Below the pieces are notes generated by a model. That model saw only the letters and a program-made list of their open reading frames with translations, was not told the origin of the DNA and made no database searches. Below, piece by piece: positions 53,747 to 64,000 of a stretch of 64,000 bases of DNA. The DNA comes from Raillietiella orientalis (lineage: Eukaryota): NCBI GenBank assembly GCA_036172245.1, contig JAYWIR010000035.1, forward strand, positions 1,550,001-1,614,000, written 5' to 3'. Numbering within the stretch: the stretch's first letter is position 1; the number at the start of each line of letters is the position of its first letter. Made by a program: the position numbers and the translations under genes.

Positions 53747-54699
53747 AGATTATCATTTATCTGTACTGCAAAAATTATAAATAGAATATCAAATTTTAGT
53801 TTAGGTTAAAGAGATGTTTGTGGCATGGCTGGTTACTCGACTGTGGCAACATAAACAAAAGTTTACTCAGTTTTTTAAAATCTTTTTCACGATTTTCATG
53901 AGTTTATTTACAAGTTTCAATACTGGCCTGAATAAACATTGCCAACATTACAACTAGTTAAAAGCAACACGATTTGTATTGTTGGATTATGATGACCCAC
54001 AATTTTTTTTTCAAAGCTAAATAATACAAATATTCCTGTTTGTCATTTCCACTCGAGATATAGGTATTTTTACTCAGTATTCTTTAAGCAATACCTAATT
54101 TAAAGACTTCATACTTAACACAATTAACTGCTTATACTGACTCTTCTGACTCCAACGCCTAATTTATTCAAATTCCTGTTTATTCATTAATTTTAATGTT
54201 TCGCCTGTTTTAATTCATTCAAATTTCTGTTTCAGAATTCATCACTGCACTGCGTATTGTAAGAGATTTCAACTTTTTTAACTCATATATAATTTCAATG
54301 TAACATGTACTTTATTTAGAGAAACATCTTTTTTGACCAACAAAACCACACACAGTTCTGATGCAATACTACTCACAATTGATTCCAGCTACCTGGCTAA
54401 ATGTTATTTTCTTTACCCAAACAACCCCTTTTTAAAAGTATTTTGCTAACTAACCAACCATGAACCGAAACTACATAAGACAAAATCCAGTAATTTAGTA
54501 AAAATTTGGGACATGGCAAATCAATGAACTTATCAATATCACTTTTGGCATTCCTCTTGCGTTTTCAGAACACTAATTTTTATAGACGTCCGAGAAAGAT
54601 TTTCACGAATTAGCCCGCACATGAAGTTCAACGATGAAGGCATAAGTGTATTCTGTATTTGTGATCATTCATTCTAACCAGGTAACGATTGCATATCAC

Positions 54700-55270
54700 C
54701 TGAAAACCTACCACTGCCCTGTGACGAGACGGAAACTTCCCACGGGATTCACTCTTTTCGAGCTGCTGAATTGGAATCCCACATTAACCTTAAGAGTCAT
54801 GGAAATATATATTCCTGTTTGCCTCTCACTGCACCAAGTGCAAATGTTTATTTTTTCGAAACGATTGCAAACACTGCACGGCTGAACGAGAGGCTCTGTA
54901 AATATGCAACTTATGCTCGCTCGGTGTTTGGCTGGTGGAGGTAACCATAAAGGTCGTTCATAAATTAAATTGGAGGAAATGAGACACAAATGTATGGTGA
55001 ACATTGCAAATACCCTCGGATGCGTTACGATTCTCATAATGGTCAGTTTATTTATTGTAGGAATTGGATAATTTCGTTACCTTGAATTTTTGTGTATGCG
55101 TACGAAGACATACGTTGTCTCGGTTTGGAGCAAGAGTCCGTTCTCTTGAAACACCTTCGATGCTATCTTCATCTTGATGGCATTCCACGACACCAACACG
55201 GTCCCATGGCTTGGGACTGCAAGCTCAGACGGGAACGGCCGTTATCACGGGAGAAGATCCAATTTCAGCC
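54700..55270 (+). pseudogene. Possible very old non-LTR RT relic
   Basis: Degenerate motifs in the expected order and spacing: FSKRLQTLH (DFSKAFD-like), YAYED (YADD-like), KIQFQP. Confidence 0.3.
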
Positions 55271-56391
55271 GGGGGAGAGATTCGTTTATCCTCCGTGGGA
55301 CACGGGATAAACTCGGATCGAGCTGGAAGCATCCGTTTGTTTTCGTTTTTTTTTTTGTTTTTTGCGTCCAAAAAAAAAAAAAGCAAATCAATTTGCTTCG
55401 CTTCTCAGACATCACGTTCGATGACGAGTATTTCTGTGGACCAAGCAAAACCTGAAAATTCAAAGGAAACATGGAAGCAGTCGGTGGCCAGCAAGCATGC
55501 ATGGGTGATGCAAAGACCAGGATGCAGCATGCACAGGAGGTATCTCGGCACATTCCGTTCACTGCTGAGAGCTCTAAACACAAATCTGATAATTCAATAA
55601 AAACAAATTCTTCCATTTATTCATTTTTTTCCTTTTTTTTTTTTCTGGGAGAGGGGGGGGAGCATTATTTTCTTTTGTTTCCAATATCTTAATTCTCGGG
55701 AACATTCTCGAGATCATGCAGCACGTTAGAATTTAAACGGCTTGCTTCTGATGAAATCTTTGCAATCTCTAAAGAGCATCTGTCGTGAAAACTTCGTCGT
55801 TGCTACTGAATGGGAATGCTGTTTTCACTTCCACTGAAGAATTCATACCTCCAGCAGGAAACTCCTTCAGCCAATATAGACCTGCAAGCGTTCGAATAGT
55901 CGAACATGGTTTGAAAGGCTTTCAGATTTTCAGTGGAAGGAATAGACAGTTAATAGACAATCGGTTTTCAACTCGAGAATGAATACGTTAACAGATGATT
56001 CTTCTAGATACCTAATTGCTGAAACCAGTTTACATTTTCAATGAGTAACTATATATGCCATCATCATCATCGCCCACTTTCCCATTCAATCTCCCAAATA
56101 AACACACGCAAAATGCAAGTTGTAATCGGTCCGTGGTCAAGTCTGCCGACGGGTCTCACCCTGCAAGTGTTGACGTGCAGACGAGCGTGTCGCGCGGAAT
56201 CCGATCCAGGGTGCACCTGCAGGGATGTGCGCGTGTAATTACCCGATACTGTTAATTACGAAATCAAATTTAGAGTTTCTCAAATGCATGAGAAGCAGTT
56301 AAAAATAGTGAATGTGCATCGATTTTTAAAATAGTTTTGAGAAAACAGCAAGTTACAGGGAGTGCATACATACATTTACTTACATATCTAC

Positions 56392-59030
56392 CATAGGTTT
56401 CTGTCTTCTCGTGTTTACCACTAATAAAATTTAGCAGGCTTGTGTCAATACAATACTTTTTGAAGAGCACAGTTGATATATTTGTCAAATTTTTTCGTAC
56501 TATATTGACGAAAACAAGAGAACGAAATCGTCAAACAAATGTTGACCATTGACATTTATTTATATTTCATTTCTATCGAACCATTTCTATTAATTGGTAA
56601 ATAAGACGTGTGTTAATAGAGAAAAAAATATTTTAATAAGCGGACCTAAATAAAAATAGTAAATAACTGATTTTAAATTGTATTTCTTAAGCTAATCATT
56701 TCTTCATTTTAGTTTCTTATTTGACAGCTTAATATCAATCGAATGCTAGGCAAAGAACAAAACCCAGTTTCTTAGTTTTATTAGTGTTTCAGTTTCACTC
56801 AAAAACCATTGTATAGTACACCCAATTCGGTTCCGGCGAAGGAAAACGAATTGGAATGAAAAAATTGCAATTTTGCAATTACGTGAATTGTTATATTACT
56901 TGATAATTATCTACCCTTATTATGATTAATGAACAAATCAATCCTACTTTTTTTTACAGATAACATCATGGCAAAACCTATGAAAAAACGTGCACAATAT
57001 AATACTGAATATTTCAACTATGGGTTCATCCAGTCGCCTACAAACAACACATTACCGATGTGCCTGATTTGCCAAAAAGTTTAATAACTAAAGGCTTATG
57101 GATCATTTGATAAAATGACGCCCTGAAACCTTCAAGACGACTAGAATACATGACAAAAGTTCAAGCTGATAAAAAGGATAAAGTTTTACCTAAGTTTTAA
57201 GTAATTAAGGAAAACAGACAGCCGACATTGGAAAAACTCTTGTCGATAGCATCCAAACAGGGTGGATTGCGTGCTTCTTACAACATTTCTTCACTAAATC
57301 GGGAAAACCACAGACTATTGGCGAAGAACTAATTCTACCAGCTATAAGTGAGGTAATAAGCACTGTGCTATACAGGCCATCATCTGATATTACCACGGAA
57401 ATTTCTTTGAGCAATAATACAGTGCAAAGAAGAATTGATGAAATGTCTCAAAATGTTGAAGACTCATTATGTGGGTATTTAAAAACATCCCAGTTCTCTA
57501 TACAGCTTGATGAGTCAACTTTGCCAGCAAATGAAGCCTTACTTTTAGTATACGTGAGATTCATAAAAGAAAAAAATTGGCCAAGAATTATTATTTGCTA
57601 AAAATTTGCAAACTAAAGGAGAATCAATATATCATACATTGAAAGAGTTTTTTAAAGAACAAAAAATTCCCTCGAGTAATATCTTTCAACTGCTACTGAT
57701 GGTGCTCTAACGATGACAAGGCGCCACAGCGATTTTCTTGCATACTTAAAAAAAGAGGTACCAAATGCATTAGCTGTGCCCTGTGTCATTCATTATCAAC
57801 ATTTAGTTGCCAAAAATCTGAGTGATCGCCTAAATAGATCATTATATTATGTCATTAAAGCAACGAACAAAATCAAAAGCAGTTCATTGAATGATAGAAC
57901 GTTTAGACAGCTTTGTATTGAAAACAATGAAAACTCCAATCGTTTGCAGCTTCATACAAAAGTTCATTGGCCATCAAAAGGCGCCTGTTTGGATCGGTGC
58001 CTGCTAGAATTCCTAGAAAAACATGATAAGGCTGTACGAGTCAACATGATTGAATCCAAAAATGGCATAGCTTATTTGACAGACCTATTTAATAAATTTA
58101 ATGAAACAGATCTACAGTTCCAAGGCGATGAGCTGAACTTAATCAAAACAAAAACCGTTATTTCCGCGTTATTCAGCAAAACTTTTTGTGTACAAACGAA
58201 ATTTCGGACGTGGGAAATCCAGCCAATTTCCAAATTGGTCAACATTAGAAAAACACGATGAAGACTTGTTTACCTACTGTCAGAACGTAGAGGCTCTCCA
58301 TTCTGACTTAAATCAACGATTTGAAGATGTTCTTAATGTGAACATACTTGATTGGGTTTGGGATCCCTTTTCGAGTACTTATACAGAAGAATCTCCAGAA
58401 TTAGAGGAAGAACTGATAGAAATTATAAGAAATGAGGAACTGAAAGTTAAATTCAAAAAGGGCCATCAACAGTTCTGGTTGCAAAAGCAGATACCTACAC
58501 TTTATCCTGGATTATATGCCATAGTACAAAAGTTTTTAATTGCATTTCCTTCATCAAATTTAGTGGAAGTTAATGGGGCTCACTGCGGTCACAAATCTGT
58601 TAACTAAAAAAAGGAACCTGGACTGCAAATAACTAATCGCGGTGATTTAAGAATAGAGCTTGCAAATATAGAGCCGACTATTAACAAATTTTTAGCAGCA
58701 CACCAGCTTCATCCTTCTCATTAGAATTATTTATAATGTTATTCGTGATTTTTATTTTAATATTATCTTTCGTTATCGTAGTTTTCTGTGTGTAATGAGA
58801 ATGTTACTACGGTCGATTTCAATAAATTATTTAAGCTTGTTTTATTTGCAACAACATTTTTTCTTACTATGTTGTAGGACGTAGATAGAAATATAGATAC
58901 ATAAAATAAAGCAAATTTGTCACTGCATCTTTCTGTTTGTCCACTTAAAGAAGACACATTTTCAGAGAGGCTCTGAATAATTTTTTATCTGAAAAAGAGG
59001 CAGTAGGCCAAATAAGTTTGGGAACCTATG
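56392..59030 (+). mobile_element. Decayed hAT (Buster/ZBED8-SCAND3-like) DNA transposon
   Basis: Transposase pseudogene at about 56968-58723: YN.EY..YGF, PMCLICQKV (BED finger), KPQTIGEELILPA, SLSNNTVQRRIDEM, FSIQLDEST, TDGA, CVIH, LIAFPSS. Right TIR-like AAGTTTGGGAACCTATG ends at 59030; left CATAGGTT at 56392 is partial; 8-bp TSD ATATCTAC/ATATATAC. Confidence 0.88.
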
Positions 59031-59899
59031 ATATATACAATACTACATGCAAGCGGCAATCACTAACAAATCCCCAACAAATGTTACATATCGGAGTTAT
59101 TATCCCATAAATCCAGATATTGCGTCCACCATTTAAGATTTCCATGCTGCACAATGGAGAAGCTATAGTAAAATGAAATTTATTGAACTCTTGCTAGTTA
59201 AAATAGTTGGGACGCGTCGAAATTTTCATGACATCCCTGCATTTTCTCTTAAAATAACCTCCCGATTCTGTATTTTTCCTCTATTATACTCTCTGTAGGA
59301 CACGAAACATTACGACTTTTATATGTTGTCTCTTGTGTTGAATATACTACAGCGGTGAAGTGACGGCATCGAAATATTTCTGCTAAATAGTACCGGGGAT
59401 TTTTCGGCTGACGATATTTCAATGACGAAAATTTTTTACAAATTTCCAATAAGCATGAAATGATACTAATCCACATATTAGGCGATTAGGATGCAAATAA
59501 CTAGAACAAAATTGCATTCACAAATATTGTTAAAAACTTAATGCGCTACTTATGATCAAACTAGTGGGATCTAACAGAATTATTTTATTAACAAAAATTC
59601 ACGAATGATTTTGTTCAATATTTGTCTGTTATTATTAGTGCTCACCTCCATGATACTGCATCAAAAATATTATTCTAGGAATCTTGGAGATAATCATAAT
59701 GGAATCTAAGATGTTCTTGGAAGCTTGGTCTCCCCGGCATGCTGGCAGCTGGGACAATTTTGTAGTCGACAGCTGTTTCAAGCTGTTGACATCGTCCGAT
59801 AGGGAAGTCAGGCATCCCCACTTCGATACACTATGAGCAGTGGTTAGGAATAACCTGTCAATGATGGAACATTGCGGAAATTAAAAATTACCTTGAAAT

Positions 59900-60600
59900 A
59901 CATGAAGTAATCAGAAGGAAATGTTTGCACATACTCAAGTGCTCTCAGTGTAGATATTAGAACCATAGGCTGGATAATGGGAAAACTGCTAAAACAATGG
60001 AAGGTGGAAAAGAGCTGGAAAATGGTGGAAACACTACCCCTACATTTAGTTGTGCCCTTAGTCAGCGTGTATTCTGTTTCTTGTACCTTAATGAAAGTAT
60101 TAATTGATAGTGACTAGGCAAATTCATTTCTGGCTCAATCACAGGCGAATGTTTCCGGACCAGTAGCTATGTTAGGAGCTTATGGACGTCTCGGAGACCA
60201 GCATTCAGTCAATGAAAAGCAACTTCGATCTTCAAAGATGGATAATCCAGAATTGCCATAGGTAATCCAACTATCAATAGATACATGCGGTGGAAGCTCA
60301 CCGTTGAACTGAGAGCAGGGAAGCATAGCGTCTTTGAGGGAAACGCATCCCGACCATGAGAAAGGTCAGCACCGCTCTTCCAAGGATCCCCACGTCCATA
60401 GCAATGGAGACTGAAAGAGTTTCGAAGATTATTCTTTCGTACATGCGACTCGAATGAACTCTAACCTCATGTTCCATAGCAGTTCGAGCTTCACCGATTA
60501 GTGATGACACCTCATGTGCAGACCATTCGCTGTTTGGCAGGATGTCTTTGGGACGTAATCAATCACTGCACAGAGAACTCCCACTCCATTACTCAGTGCC
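59900..60600 (-). mobile_element. Possible decayed LTR-retrotransposon integrase relic
   Basis: FETLSVSIAMDV, WITYG/GLP, EPEMNCLV loosely follow the integrase motif order (IAMDF; YGxP; HPxTNGxV). Heavily frameshifted. Confidence 0.35.
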
Positions 60601-62539
60601 AATGATAAGCTAAAAAAGAAACTCAAGGAAATGAAGACAGAACCCTGGGAGGTGCTTGTTTTCAGCCAACGGATATTCGGATTAGACTTAAACCTGATCT
60701 AGTGCTGTGCAGAGACGAAAGGGTTTTAAACCTAGTCTGCCTATTTGAGACTTTGGCAGAACAGAGACCTTAGAGAATTCCAGGAAAAGGAACCAAAGCA
60801 AATACTGAGGTTCGGCTCAGTATTTGCTTGTCACACGTAAACCACCAACAATAAGAAGAATGGGAACCAACATCGAAAAAAATGCAAGAGACTTGAGGCT
60901 GAAAAAAATGTCTCTCCCATCATTCTGTGTATCGTGCAATTAGAATTTCTTTCTGGGCATTTATAGCTTGTCCCTAAACTGCCTGCTCACGGTCATCCAT
61001 TTCGCATGGTCACGTTGGACGTTTATTGAAAAGCAGTGAATATAAAAGGCAAGAACTGGATTGCTAATCAAGACTAAAAGTCCCCAGGAGTGGGAACGCC
61101 GACTCACAGCTCGTCTGAATGCAAAAGACGAAGAAAAAAAGGGAAGCGACAGAAAGCAATTGGAAAAACAAGCTAGAGACCAGATGGCGATCATTGGTAC
61201 AGGAGCTCCAGACTTTGTGCACACTGCGTTACATGCAGGCGAACTTCCTGCGTTCCCTCTCCAGGAGGAGCTGTCTAGAGGACATGCGTGATGCTGCAGA
61301 CGTATCACAACGTAATATGCAATTGGAAGAAGGAAGCCCTTAATGCATCAAGAACTGACTCAGAAAGCGCCTCAGAGAGCTCAGCCGATAGAGGAGCGCC
61401 GTGTCCAGACGCTTCCCTGAGCCACGGAAAAGCGCCACAGCCCGACGCACTTATGGAACACGTTTCCCACCCAGACATGAGGTGTTGGCGCTCCGTACAC
61501 GGGAAACGAGCCCCAGTGTAGAAGGAGCACCCTCCACGCTACCCATCAAGGTGCACCACGAAAGCGAACAAAGGCAGGGAAGCGACAAGTCCGTGTTAAA
61601 AGTTCGGCTCACGGAGCAGTGTCGTGACCCGAAGAGGTCTTGGTGTGTTCCTCACGTCGAAGAAGTGCCTCGTTGACCATCCTTCCAGAAGGATGCCTTG
61701 CGTTCAGTAATGAAAGAGGAAGCACCGTGCTGGACGTCTACCTAACGAGGAGCGACCCGCAGACGACCACAAGGAAAACTGCAATCGCCACTCCTCTGCA
61801 AGCTCAGAGCACGACTTTTCAAGTTGAAAGGCTTTACATCCAGCTGAAAGATTCTTGCCTCCCCTTTAAACTTGCTTTTTGCTTCGTGTTTCAGGAATGT
61901 ACTTGTGATCAAGCGGAAGGAACTTTTTCTTTGCGATCTCTTTTATTCCTTTTGCATTGCCTGAGGTTTTCCAGTTCGGAAAACTCGAGAAAGACAAGCA
62001 ACCTCCTGGCTACACTCGCGAAATCGAGTGGCATTCACGTAACGTAGGCAAATGAAATGGAAAACTGCAATCTTCGGGTGTAAGAAAGCGACATTCGATG
62101 CGTGTCCAACTGTGGCTGGCAGCGTGTTTCGGGGGAGGGCGCACGCCCCGTGGCACCAGCAAGACGATTGCCCACACCTTGTTGAAACTTTTCGTTTCGA
62201 TCGCTTTCGTAAGGGTTGCTGTTACTCGCAGGCAACAATAATCCTTACGACCTCGTTGCTGAGTTGTTTGGTTGCATTCTCATTTTGTTGGTTCTCGCCC
62301 TCGGCTTCGAAGATCTCTTTCGTCCGGAACTGAGCGGCTCGAAGGAAAGCAGGAAAACAACAACAACTTGGCTCGTGGCGCACAGAAGCCAAGAGTGGCT
62401 CCTGCGTGCAGTTCGGTCAGGGTAAGCCGGGAGACGTGGCTTAGCTTCCGATCGATGCAACGGAGAAAAGAGCACTGAGAGAACCTTACCGAGCTGCTTG
62501 GTGTGAACAGCGAACTCGGCGAAGTAGTCAGCGACTGCA

Positions 62540-62711
62540 TTGAGATCCCGAATCGAAAACGCACTTTATTGGACTCACGGATGGCACAGAAAAGGAAACT
62601 TCTTGTAAAACGAGTAGTTTTGTAGGGTGGCTGGAGATGTGAAGTGCTAGTTCTGTCATAGAGATGACTAATATCATAAAAATGAACCGCATCATTTTGA
62701 TGATACTTCAC
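62540..62711 (-). mobile_element. Possible 3' end relic of a CR1/L2-like ORF2
   Basis: KTTRFTRSFLFCAIRESN resembles the RTxRFxxSF...xxWN C-terminal motif of such LINEs. Confidence 0.35.
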
Positions 62712-64000
62712 AGATAACTTTTACTTTTTTTTATAGTGGTTTGTGCCTTTAAGTGAGACCTCTTATAACCTTTTATCATTTGGCTGTAGCATAATGCGGT
62801 TCAAATGAAACAGTGAACACAAGCGCATAATGCCGAAACAATCCAAAAAGCTTGAGGACTAATTCTTATAAAAGGAAATCAAAAGTCTTCTTAATTAACG
62901 AGAAAAAGTTCATTTTGTTCATTCTAATCTATTTTATGGTTTTTTTAATTAAATTTTGAAAATTCCCTGATATTTCTTTATACTAATATAAATTATACAT
63001 TGATTTCTCTTTCCAGCATGAAGTTTTTTCTCAACTGATTATAAGTAAACTACAGCTAAACAGTGTATGCAATTATAATATGCTTTTAAATATTTTTCTG
63101 AAAATACTATGTTCTTATCTCTACTATTCTATACATGCATATAGTTTTTGTGGTAAGATATTTGCGTAGATCAGGATACGGAGGTACCTTTTGCCAAGAC
63201 TATAAAGCCTACATAATCATCTTGAAAAGTAAAGTTCAAAGATGTCAGAATAGTAGACCTTGAATATGTCATATATATATATGTTTCCATTGTAATTTAA
63301 TTACATGCAACAACTTTTTTTAAATTAATTCTTTGTTGGAATTGAATATTTATTGGAATTTGTGTAATGGCAAGCCTACAGTGAGCATTCCGCTCACAAA
63401 CAAAATGTGATGGGACGTATGAAGTGACAGGCATGGATGAGGAGAAAGTTTGTTTTGATATTGTATTTGTAAGTATCATAAAAATGATGCGAATACTACG
63501 GATATATTGTGTTTTATTCAGTTGTTAAGGAGATAACTATTGATTCTTATTGAAGAATACTTTGGCAGAACTTTTAATTTTATGTTCATTAATTCAGCAA
63601 TATTTTTAGAGTTCATTTGTAACATTCTTTGATTTTTAGAACAATGAGGAAAAGCATTTTTCTCAATATATTAAGTTTCTCAATGCGTTAAAGTTCTAAG
63701 AAGTAGCTGCATAACTACAACTACTGTCTTGCAACAACATTCAGTCAATGCTGTTGCATGACATAGCTGCAAGGACCTACAGCTGAAAACATCTCACGTA
63801 ACAATTCGTGTCTAATGAATCATTAACTAAAGCAGAGTCAAGATTTAATAGAATTTGTTTGAAAGTTAATGTTGACAGTTTCAGATGCCCAGATATAGCT
63901 AGGTCATGATACTTTAACATTGTTTTTCAATGCAGTGTTCGTGATTTTTGTAAATTTGTGAATTTATGTTTTGCGGGATTTTTTTGTACTTATTCTGAGT

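Overview
Eukaryotic (invertebrate-animal-like) genomic DNA with three spliced host genes and many transposon relics. (1) A divergent Brachyury-family T-box gene on +, 6 exons, 5083-23383, about 446 aa, with a 13,752-bp GC-rich first intron. (2) A mitochondrial GatA/QRSL1 amidase gene on +, 7 exons, 48473-50388, mostly 44-51 bp introns. (3) A convergent CCDC28-like gene on -, 4 exons, 53746-50414. Between them (31.6-47.1 kb) is a GC-rich nest of about ten L1/Tx1-like non-LTR retrotransposon copies, several inserted into one another with readable 9-15 bp target-site duplications. Nine diverged copies (one in the Brachyury intron) share a structured 3' end: a covarying hairpin with a CUG-starting loop, then an AATAAA-like signal and a terminal CCCGG-N5/6-CCGGGTG hairpin with little or no poly(A). 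This is the most interesting signal in the window. The AT-rich right end holds a decayed Buster-type hAT transposon and faint RT/integrase relics. All calls come from reading motifs by eye; no database searches were run.
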